Assembly: GCA_965234725.1 (NCBI GenBank)
Contig: CBDDUX010000075.1
Span: 1 to 18,483, forward strand
Origin: Thermoplasmatota archaeon
GTDB lineage: Archaea; Thermoplasmatota; Penumbrarchaeia; Penumbrarchaeales; Penumbrarchaeaceae
Direction of reading: 5' to 3'
Length of the DNA: 18,483 bases
The notes beneath the pieces are model-generated. The model did not search any database. It had not been told where the DNA came from and worked only from the letters and a program-made list of their open reading frames with translations. Shown here in pieces: positions 1 through 7,539 of this stretch; position 1 is the first letter of the stretch, and each line of letters opens with the position of its first letter. A program made the position numbers and the translations under genes.

Positions 1-82
1 CCTTTGATGTTCCGTTCTTTCCCATGTTAGTGTATGGGCTTGAAAATATATAAATATTTCAGGGTCCAAACCGAAGTTAGGA

Positions 83-155
83 TGGGCCCGTCCGGATTTG
101 AACCGGAGTCTATGCGTCCCGAACGCACAAGTATACCAAGCTAACCCACGGGCCC
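83..155 (-). tRNA. tRNA-Pro(CGG), no intron, CCA not encoded
   Basis: Reverse complement folds as a cloverleaf: acceptor GGGCCCG/CGGGCCC, D-loop AGCTTGGTA, anticodon arm GTGCG-TTCGGGA-CGCAT, T-arm TCCGG-TTCAAAT-CCGGA, discriminator A. Confidence 0.96.
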
Positions 156-179
156 ATATACATGGTTGGCGAATGAAAT

Positions 180-287
180 GAGACAATCATGTCTCCTTAG
201 GACCCCCGGATAGCTCAGTATTCATCCACCACCCCTCGGGAGGTGTGGGGGTTCTACTGTACCCCAACTGCTTCGGTGAAGCAGTTG
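180..287. repeat. Cluster of short inverted repeats between tRNA-Pro and its duplicated 5' end
   Basis: GAGACA-atca-TGTCTC (180-195), imperfect stem 226-248, GGGGT-n8-ACCCC (248-265), perfect CAACTGCTTC-ggt-GAAGCAGTTG (265-287). Confidence 0.8.
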
Positions 288-316
288 AAGTATACCAAGC
301 TAACCCACGGGACCAT
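288..316 (-). repeat. Direct repeat of the tRNA-Pro 5' end (acceptor 5' strand plus D-arm)
   Basis: 288-316 matches 129-157 at 28/29 nt (a312 vs c153). The match stops exactly before the anticodon stem. Confidence 0.92.
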
Positions 317-411
317 GGCATTAATTGAGATCAAAGATCGCAAGCTCAAAGGTCCTGCAACCAGATATTAGGCCAAAGAGAACCGATTTATAAACATATC
401 CATGCAGGAAC

Positions 412-2664
412 CTACTTCCTCCCGTGATAGAGGGAATAAATCGCAGAAAGCAGGTGGTGGTCAACATCAACGTAAGGTAGCTCCTCTTTCAGTGTATCCT
501 TGTTTGATCCTGTCAACTCCATGATCCTCTGGAAGTTATCAGTTGCAACCTGTATCGATCCTTCTTCTGCACTCTTCAGAACATCAGTTATTGATTCCTT
601 TAACTTGACAGGTAGGTCCTGATTGTTAACAAGTGCATCAAGGAAAATCCTGTAGACCTCGGAAGCTCCCTTATGGTCTCCGATCTTGTACTTGAGGGAT
701 GCCTTTGTCACGAGGAAGTAGTATCTTAATCTTCCCTCGACAGTGTCCAGTCCCAGGTTCTCGATCGATTTCAGTGCTTCTTGGGGACCGTTCACCCTCT
801 CTTCCAGAAAAGGTCTCCATATTCGGGCACATTCCTTGATGGACATCAATGTCTCATTCCCATCATCGTTCATCCCTGAAAGTCTTACAAGTACCTTCAG
901 CGCCTTTTCATTGTTACTTTCGAGTATCTCCCACATCATATCTATGAGGTCCTTCTGGGCTTTCTCTACTGCTGAGAGAGGGGACCTCACATTCTCCTTC
1001 AATCCATTCCTGTGTTCCTTTAGAAGGTCCTTTGACGGGATCTGAAGGAAGGATTCGACCATCACAGGAAGTGCTTCCCTGGTCCTTCTCGCACCTATGA
1101 GATGATGAACCTCCTCGGTGACGTACAATGGAACAGGACCAAGACCGGATTCATCCTCGATACCGAATGGATACGGGGGAACGACACCTCCTCCCTCCTG
1201 GTGGAATCCAAGACCTGTCAGCTTATCGCTGAAAAGGTCCGCAAGCATCCCGTGGCATTCTTCCTTCTCTTCAATGGTCAGGACCTTTACCGCCTGGTCC
1301 TTTATCAGGTCATGTATCACATATCCCCCGGGGGTCTGGAAGATCAGGTGGAGGTCTATCAATTTCACCATGGTATCCTTGTCAACCTCCATCATGGACG
1401 AGAGATCGTTCTCCTCCAGCTGTAACCTTGATAACGAAAGGAGGCCCAGTACCTTCAATGAGGTCTTGTCTAGCTTGTTGAAGATCTCCTCTCTGAGGAA
1501 CTGATCGAAATCACCTACGTTGAAATTATAGCCCTCGCTTTCCACAAGTACCAGGGCCAGAGGATGTCCTCCGGTCCTGTCGATGATCGTATCGACCTCA
1601 CTGTCCCTGAATCCTCTTTCAAGGAGAAGCTTCCGCGATGTCGATCTGTCAAATCCCAGCAATTCCATCTCACCGATGAGGTTGTTGATCCTCACATCCC
1701 TTATATCATAAAAGGTGGCCCTCTTCCTCGAAAGGACGATCAGGTTGATGTTCTTTTTACCAGATATCCTGTCCTTCAGAGAAGAGAGGAACATATCGAT
1801 CTCATCAGGGGCCCTGTGGAGATCGTCAAAGATCAGAAGGACCGGTAGTGCTTGTGGAATCGTCCCGAGAAGATCAGAGAGTGTCTCAATATCAGGTTCT
1901 CTGTTGGTCTCGAGGAGTTCCTTGATCCCATCCCAGCCGGACCTTGTAAAGAAGCTGGAAAGCTCTTTCAGGACGTAGGATATGGATGTCCATTCCTTGA
2001 GGTCGATATAGAAAATGTTCATCTCAGAGGCCAGGATCTGGGTGATCTTCCATCCCAGTGTCGTCTTTCCAACACCGGCAATACCGTATACGACAGTTAC
2101 CCTTCTTTTCAATGATCTCATTGCTTCCGTGAGTTCCTTGATCTCCCTCTCCCTTCCAAGGAAGATCTCCGGTGGATTCAGGGAATGGATATAGGTTGTC
2201 CTTCCCTTAACATTGATCCCATCATCGCTGTCCCTTGATCTGTCCAGGTCAAGTTTACCTGATGAGAGGACATCAGAGATGTTCTTTAGGTCAACTTCCT
2301 TATCCAGAAGGAGGTCTCCTATGGTCTTTTCACCAGTTTCTCCTCCTTTCAAAACATCGATCGTTTCGGTGGATATGATATCTGAGAGCTCCCTGGACTT
2401 CATTATCCCCTCATCTGTGAGCATATAGACCTTTCTTCTTCTTGAAAGACCGCTGATATGGGCAAGGTTCTCCTCGACGTATCCCTTGTTCATCAGTGAT
2501 CCTACAGCCCGTGGTACCGCAGACCGGATGATCCCCAGATTGGTCGCAATTCCGTCCTGGGTGACATCGATGGGAGCCTGCAGCTCCCCCCTGAATCTGG
2601 TATAATGAATTAAAAGAAGAAGAATCCTGTCCCCTACGGTCATTCTTGAACCTTTGTATCCCAT
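412..2664 (-). CDS. Winged-HTH / STAND (NB-ARC-like) ATPase with helical C-terminus, putative regulator
   Basis: N-terminal wHTH (TQDGIATNLGIIRSAVPRAVGSL...RRKVYMLTDEG), FLGREREI, Walker A GIAGVGKTT, Walker B LLIFDDLH, GGHPLAL, MHD-like IHDLIK. Start uncertain (GTG 2691, ATG 2664 or ATG 2643). Confidence 0.85.
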   Translation of the reverse strand: MGYKGSRMTVGDRILLLLIHYTRFRGELQAPIDVTQDGIATNLGIIRSAVPRAVGSLMNKGYVEENLAHISGLSRRRKVYMLTDEGIMKSRELSDIISTETIDVLKGGETGEKTIGDLLLDKEVDLKNISDVLSSGKLDLDRSRDSDDGINVKGRTTYIHSLNPPEIFLGREREIKELTEAMRSLKRRVTVVYGIAGVGKTTLGWKITQILASEMNIFYIDLKEWTSISYVLKELSSFFTRSGWDGIKELLETNREPDIETLSDLLGTIPQALPVLLIFDDLHRAPDEIDMFLSSLKDRISGKKNINLIVLSRKRATFYDIRDVRINNLIGEMELLGFDRSTSRKLLLERGFRDSEVDTIIDRTGGHPLALVLVESEGYNFNVGDFDQFLREEIFNKLDKTSLKVLGLLSLSRLQLEENDLSSMMEVDKDTMVKLIDLHLIFQTPGGYVIHDLIKDQAVKVLTIEEKEECHGMLADLFSDKLTGLGFHQEGGGVVPPYPFGIEDESGLGPVPLYVTEEVHHLIGARRTREALPVMVESFLQIPSKDLLKEHRNGLKENVRSPLSAVEKAQKDLIDMMWEILESNNEKALKVLVRLSGMNDDGNETLMSIKECARIWRPFLEERVNGPQEALKSIENLGLDTVEGRLRYYFLVTKASLKYKIGDHKGASEVYRIFLDALVNNQDLPVKLKESITDVLKSAEEGSIQVATDNFQRIMELTGSNKDTLKEELPYVDVDHHLLSAIYSLYHGRK

Positions 2665-2740
2665 TCCCTTCTCTCCATCAAAATCTTGCACTTGTATTGA
2701 CTAATGACCCTATAAACCTGATCGTTAAAATACAGGATGA

Positions 2741-2748
2741 TTTAATAT
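2741..2748 (+). promoter_or_regulatory. Putative TATA box for the radical SAM gene (leaderless-type spacing)
   Basis: TTTAATAT 23-30 nt upstream of ATG 2771, in a divergent intergenic gap. Confidence 0.45.
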
Positions 2749-2770
2749 TCTCGTGGTCCATGAGAGATAG

Positions 2771-3934
2771 ATGCCCATCAAGTTCACCAGGGAATTGATC
2801 GAATCATGTACCGGTCCACCCCCCAAAGGATGCAGGTTCTGCGACAGGGGTTCCAAGATGGTGCTCTATATTACCGGTATCTGCTCCGAGGACTGTTTCT
2901 ACTGCCCCCTTTCAGAGAAGAAGAAGGGCAAGGATGTCATCTATGCAAATGAAAGGCTTGTGGAAGGGGAAAATTGGCTTGATGGGGTGGTGGAGGAAGC
3001 AAGAAGGATGGATGCGCTGGGAACGGGGATCACCGGTGGTGATCCGATGCTTGTCATCGATAGAACGGAAAAAGCCATTATCAGACTTAAGGAAGAGTTC
3101 GGCAGTCACCATCATATTCACCTCTATACAACGGGCCCTTTCGAAAAAGGAGCTCTCGGAATTTTGAAGAACGCAGGTCTGGATGAGATCAGGTTCCATC
3201 CGAAGATCGCATACTGGAAACAGTTCAGGTTCCTTGGCAGGGATTCGGAACCCGGTGACCCTGTGGATGCCCAATATTATCATGAACTTATTTTCGAGGC
3301 CAGGAGAATTTCTCTGTCCGTTGGTCTCGAGGTGCCGGCTGTTGTCAATTCCAAAGCTGGTGGAAGGCTTTACAGTGAAGGTCTTTTTGCACTTTTGGAC
3401 TATGCGGCCAGGGAAGGTATGGAATTCGTTAACATCAACGAACTTGAAGCATCCCATACCAACATGGACCACTTCCGGAAACTCGGTTATGGACTGGTTG
3501 GCGATTCAATGGCAGTCGAAGGTTCCATGGACCTTGCCGTGGAAACCATCGAGAAGGTCAAGGTCAAGAATCATGGATCACCGACCATTTTCCATATCTG
3601 CTCATCGATCTACAAGGATTCGGTCCAGCTCAGGAACAGATTGATAAGGACCTCCAAAAGGGTCGCAAGACCCTTCGAGATCCCAACAGAGGACGGGACC
3701 CTGCTTCGAGGTATTGTAGAGACGGATGACGTCCAGGCGGTTGTGGACCATCTCCTTGAAGTGTATGATGTCCCACGGGAACTCTTCGAGGAAGGACCCG
3801 GATCCCTTCTTGTCGCACCCTGGGTCCTTCAGGAGATCGGAAGGAAGCTACCTGGAAAATGTTACATTTCAGAGGTTTATCCGACCTGGGATGGACTGGA
3901 AGTGGAGAGGACCCCCATAGAATCCTATTCTTGA
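2771..3934 (+). CDS. Radical SAM protein, uncharacterised archaeal family (COG2108-like)
   Basis: CxxxCxxC motif CSEDCFYC, N-terminal PKGCRFC, GITGGDP, HIHLYT, LDEIRFHP. Confidence 0.88.
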   Translation: MPIKFTRELIESCTGPPPKGCRFCDRGSKMVLYITGICSEDCFYCPLSEKKKGKDVIYANERLVEGENWLDGVVEEARRMDALGTGITGGDPMLVIDRTEKAIIRLKEEFGSHHHIHLYTTGPFEKGALGILKNAGLDEIRFHPKIAYWKQFRFLGRDSEPGDPVDAQYYHELIFEARRISLSVGLEVPAVVNSKAGGRLYSEGLFALLDYAAREGMEFVNINELEASHTNMDHFRKLGYGLVGDSMAVEGSMDLAVETIEKVKVKNHGSPTIFHICSSIYKDSVQLRNRLIRTSKRVARPFEIPTEDGTLLRGIVETDDVQAVVDHLLEVYDVPRELFEEGPGSLLVAPWVLQEIGRKLPGKCYISEVYPTWDGLEVERTPIESYS

Positions 3935-3999
3935 TATTAACAATAGATCCATTCTCATTTTCCGGTCCCTTTATCTATTCCTTTGTGTTCAGGACCTTT

Positions 4000-4596
4000 A
4001 TGGACACCATGAGGATCGGTGTTATCGGCCTGCAGGGAGATGTGGAGGAGCATATCCATGCATTTGAAAAGGCCTTCTCCGACCTCGGTGTCAAGGGAGA
4101 AGCCTCGTGGGCCAGAAGACCTATGGACCTTGAAAAAGTGGATGGTCTATCCTTGCCTGGCGGGGAATCCACAACGATCTCCAAGTTATTGACAAAGTTC
4201 GATCTGAGGTCCAGGATCTCGGAGCTCAATGATAATAAAGCTCCAATACTGGGTACATGTGCGGGTTGCGTCCTTCTGGCGAAGGAGGGAGATGCCCTGG
4301 TGGAGAAGACCCAGACGGAACTCCTGGGCTTCATGGACATGGCGGTCGACCGTAATGCATTCGGTCCGCAGAGGGAATCCTTCGAAGCGAACGTCAACAT
4401 CGATGGGATCGGGGATTATCCCGGTATTTTCATAAGGGCCCCGTTGATAACAAGGGTATGGGGAAAATGCAAGGTCATTGGAGTGTTTGATAAGAGTATG
4501 GTCCTTGCAAGACAGGACAATCTGATCGCTGCATCATTCCATCCTGAACTAACGGAAGACAGCAGGTTCTATGAGCTTTTCTTCTCTCTATTCTGA
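4000..4596 (+). CDS. pdxT: Pyridoxal 5'-phosphate synthase glutaminase subunit
   Basis: IGVIGLQGDVEEH, PGGESTT, GTCAG (catalytic Cys), RNAFG.QRESF, FIRAP, FHPEL. Start moved from 3859 to ATG 4000 (4009 also possible). Confidence 0.95.
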   Translation: MDTMRIGVIGLQGDVEEHIHAFEKAFSDLGVKGEASWARRPMDLEKVDGLSLPGGESTTISKLLTKFDLRSRISELNDNKAPILGTCAGCVLLAKEGDALVEKTQTELLGFMDMAVDRNAFGPQRESFEANVNIDGIGDYPGIFIRAPLITRVWGKCKVIGVFDKSMVLARQDNLIAASFHPELTEDSRFYELFFSLF

Positions 4597-5057
4597 TCAT
4601 CGGAAGGACCTTTACTCAGCCAGATCCATGCAGCTACCGCCCCGAAGATCATCCCTCCCGCTCCGAATATGGACCAGAATATCAACTCATTTCTCCTGTT
4701 GTCGGGTTCATCGTTCCATCCCGGAGGAGGGATGGGATCGAGGGTCCTTGATACCTGGACGACACTCCCGTTCCCGTCATCGAGTACAACGGTCAGGTTG
4801 TGTCTGCCGGGATAGACATACCTTTGGATCGAGTTTCCACTTCCTATCTCCTCACCATCCAGAAGCCAGGTGGTGGTCACCTCATCTCCATCCGGATCCG
4901 TAAAGGTGACAGAAGCGTTCAAAGGATTCTCTATCCTGCCATCCGAGGGTATCCCTGTGATCTCAATATTTTCGGGGGGTGTATTCCCTTTAACACATAC
5001 TGTAAGGATAATGAAGCAGAATATGAAGGCCATGATCAGGGATGAAAACACCCTCAT
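4569..5057 (-). CDS. Small surface protein: signal peptide, one Ig/PKD-like domain, C-terminal TM anchor
   Basis: From ATG 5057: hydrophobic N-terminus, NTPP...TDPDGDEVTTTWLLDG...PGRHNLTVVLDDG, TM helix LIFWSIFGAGGMIFGAVAAWIWL. The longer start (5195) would overlap nadM. Confidence 0.72.
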   Translation of the reverse strand: MRVFSSLIMAFIFCFIILTVCVKGNTPPENIEITGIPSDGRIENPLNASVTFTDPDGDEVTTTWLLDGEEIGSGNSIQRYVYPGRHNLTVVLDDGNGSVVQVSRTLDPIPPPGWNDEPDNRRNELIFWSIFGAGGMIFGAVAAWIWLSKGPSDDQNREKKSS

Positions 5058-5133
5058 GGGTGTGGCAAGGTGAAAACTCCATTTATTGGTTTCCTTGGAA
5101 AAGATGAAATATGCACCCTTCCATCGATGTATC

Positions 5134-5652
5134 ATGAAGGGTCTGTTCGTTGGAAGGTTCCAGCCCCTCCACAAAGGCCACACGTCTATAATCAACAGTG
5201 CATTGAAGGAGGTTGGGACACTCTTTGTTGTGGTGGGTTCTGCTGAATGCTCTCACACTCCAAAGGACCCTTTCACAGCAGGGGAGAGGGTCCAGATGCT
5301 TCTACTTGCACGGAATGAGCTGGGTTGGGGCGATAAGGTGATCCCGATACCGGTAAGGGATGTCAACAGGTACTCTATCTGGGTGGACCATGTCCTCTCA
5401 TACGTTCCCGGTATAGATGTGGTATTCTCAAACAATCCACTGACCAGACTCCTTTTCACATCCCGTGGATTCGAGGTCAGATCCACACCTCTGGTGGACA
5501 GGACCGAGCTCAGTGGTGAGGCGATCCGAGCCAGAATGGTATCCGGAGAAGAATGGAGGTCCTCTGTACCCTCAAGTGTCGCTTTGATGATCGAGGAGAT
5601 GGGAGGAGTGGAAAGGATCAAGGATATCACTCTGAAGGGGGACAGGACCTGA
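5134..5652 (+). CDS. nadM: Nicotinamide-nucleotide adenylyltransferase
   Basis: MKGLFVGRFQPLHKGH (HxGH), GSA..SHT.KDPFTAGER, WVDHV, SNNPL, LSGEAIR. Confidence 0.95.
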   Translation: MKGLFVGRFQPLHKGHTSIINSALKEVGTLFVVVGSAECSHTPKDPFTAGERVQMLLLARNELGWGDKVIPIPVRDVNRYSIWVDHVLSYVPGIDVVFSNNPLTRLLFTSRGFEVRSTPLVDRTELSGEAIRARMVSGEEWRSSVPSSVALMIEEMGGVERIKDITLKGDRT

Positions 5653-6131
5653 AGGGAACTTATCAGGAACTTGTAACCCTATGCAAGGACAAGAGGATCA
5701 GGATAGCGACCGCCGAATCATGCACTGGTGGATACATTGCCTCCTCCATCACAGATGTTCCCGGATCTTCGGATTGCTTCCATGGAGGTATCGTTGCCTA
5801 TTCCAACGAGATCAAATCATCCCTCCTCAAAGTGAAAACGACCACTCTCGAAGAAATGGGAGCTGTTAGCAGAGAGACCGCAATGGAGATGGCCATCGGA
5901 TTGGAAGCATTATTGGGTGCAGACCTCTCCTTGTCAGTCACAGGGATCGCTGGCCCTGCAGGTGGAACATCGGAGAAACCGGTGGGAACCGTTTACATCG
6001 GAGTCAAGGAAAAGGGGAACCCTCCACATGTCGAAGGATTCCTCCTCCAGGGTCTGGATCGGTCCTCCTTCAAGGAGGAGGTATCCCGGCTCGCACTGGG
6101 AATGATGCTCGGGCATCTCTCTGAGATATAG
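5649..6131 (+). CDS. cinA: CinA C-terminal domain / PncC-type NMN deamidase
   Basis: IATAESCTGG, PGSS, YSN..K, GAVS, TGIAGPAGG..EKPVGTVYIG. Start uncertain: CTG 5649 overlapping the nadM stop, or ATG 5553. Confidence 0.9.
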   Translation: MKGTYQELVTLCKDKRIRIATAESCTGGYIASSITDVPGSSDCFHGGIVAYSNEIKSSLLKVKTTTLEEMGAVSRETAMEMAIGLEALLGADLSLSVTGIAGPAGGTSEKPVGTVYIGVKEKGNPPHVEGFLLQGLDRSSFKEEVSRLALGMMLGHLSEI

Positions 6132-6186
6132 GACCTGCGACAGTATTATGTGAAAGATGACCTTTCTCTAGTCAGGTGAGCCATTC

Positions 6187-7539
6187 ATGGAACCAGTCTG
6201 TCCCCTTGACCACAGGTATGGAAGAGAAGAGATGAAGAGGACCATGAGCCACGCCGCAAGGGTATCAAGATGCCTTGAGGTAGAAGCTGCCCTGGCCCGG
6301 GCTCATGCGGGGATAGGTAACATCCCACGGGAAGCTGCGGATGAGATAACCAGGAAAGCCTCCCTTGAATACGTTTCCCTGGACCGGGTCAATGAGATAG
6401 AGGCCGAGATCAGGCATGATATCATGGCCATCGTCCATGCCCATTCCGAGGCCTGCAGCGGGGACGCAGGGAATTATATCCATCTTGGAGCCACCTCGTA
6501 CGATATTGTGGATACGGCCCTGGCCCTCCAGATGAGGGATGGCCTTGATATTCTGTCAAAGGGAATGGACCAGCTTTCGGAGGCTCTGGCGGAAAAGGCC
6601 GAAAGATATCGTGACCTGGTAATGGTGGGGAGGACCCACGGTCAGTTTGCCATCCCAATAACCATGGGAATGAAATTGGCTGTCTGGCTTTCCGAGCTGC
6701 TTCGCCACAAGGAACGGATCCGACAATTGAGACCCCGTCTGCTTGTCGGAAAGATGTCCGGAGCCGTCGGTACCGGTGCAGCTCTTGGCGATAATGCCTT
6801 CGAGATAGAAAAAGCGGTAATGGATGACCTTGGTCTTGGAGTTGAGGAAGCTGCTACTCAGATAGTGCAGAGGGACCGGATGATAGAGCTCCTTTCAGTT
6901 CTATGCAACATTTCGGTCACCATTGAGAAGATGGCGACCGAGATAAGGACCCTTCAAAGACCTGAGATCGGGGAGCTTCAGGAATCCTTTGATACAAAGA
7001 AGCAGGTCGGTTCATCCACGATGTCTCATAAAAGGAATCCCATTGTCTGCGAGAATATTACAGGACTTGCAAGGACGCTCAGGGGATTCCTGATACCGGA
7101 ATTCGAGAATGGTATACAGTGGAATGAAAGGGACCTCTCCAATTCCTCATCCGAGAGGTTCATACTACCCCATATGATGATACTTGCCGATGATATCGTC
7201 TTCAAGATGTACGGTGTGATCCGCGATGTCTACGTAAACGAGGAGAAGATAGCGGAGAACCTTAGAAAGGCCGGTGATGTGATAATGGCAGAATCCGTGA
7301 TCATGGCCCTTTGTGAGAAGGGAATGGGCCGTCAAGAGGCCCATGAGGCCACAAGAAGGGCTGCAATGGTCCATTATCAGGGGAGACATTATCTTGAAGC
7401 CCTTCTGGAGGATCCGAACATATCATCCATCCTTACAGGATCGGAAATACGGGAAAGACTGGACCCATCTAACTATACAGGAGTGGCGGGGGCCAGGGTA
7501 GATGCCGTGATACGTCGGAGCAGATCACCAGAGAGGTGA
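6187..7539 (+). CDS. purB: Adenylosuccinate lyase
   Basis: PLDHRYG, RHDIMA, IHLGATSYDIVDTA, GRTHGQ, GAVGT, signature GSSTMSHKRNP, ERDLSNSSSER. Confidence 0.96.
   Translation: MEPVCPLDHRYGREEMKRTMSHAARVSRCLEVEAALARAHAGIGNIPREAADEITRKASLEYVSLDRVNEIEAEIRHDIMAIVHAHSEACSGDAGNYIHLGATSYDIVDTALALQMRDGLDILSKGMDQLSEALAEKAERYRDLVMVGRTHGQFAIPITMGMKLAVWLSELLRHKERIRQLRPRLLVGKMSGAVGTGAALGDNAFEIEKAVMDDLGLGVEEAATQIVQRDRMIELLSVLCNISVTIEKMATEIRTLQRPEIGELQESFDTKKQVGSSTMSHKRNPIVCENITGLARTLRGFLIPEFENGIQWNERDLSNSSSERFILPHMMILADDIVFKMYGVIRDVYVNEEKIAENLRKAGDVIMAESVIMALCEKGMGRQEAHEATRRAAMVHYQGRHYLEALLEDPNISSILTGSEIRERLDPSNYTGVAGARVDAVIRRSRSPER

Noticed and set aside
1..58. Possible minus-strand gene start (ATG at 25, MGKNGTSK) with an upstream TATA-like tract
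   Set aside because: Only 8 codons are visible, too few to support a call.
288..314. Trans-spliced split-tRNA 5' half, or a second tRNA with a long intron
   Set aside because: No matching 3' acceptor strand (CGGGACC), T-arm or BHB partner is visible, and an intact tRNA-Pro lies next to it.
4000..4596. pdxT without an adjacent pdxS
   Set aside because: The two genes can be unlinked, and absence cannot be judged from one window.
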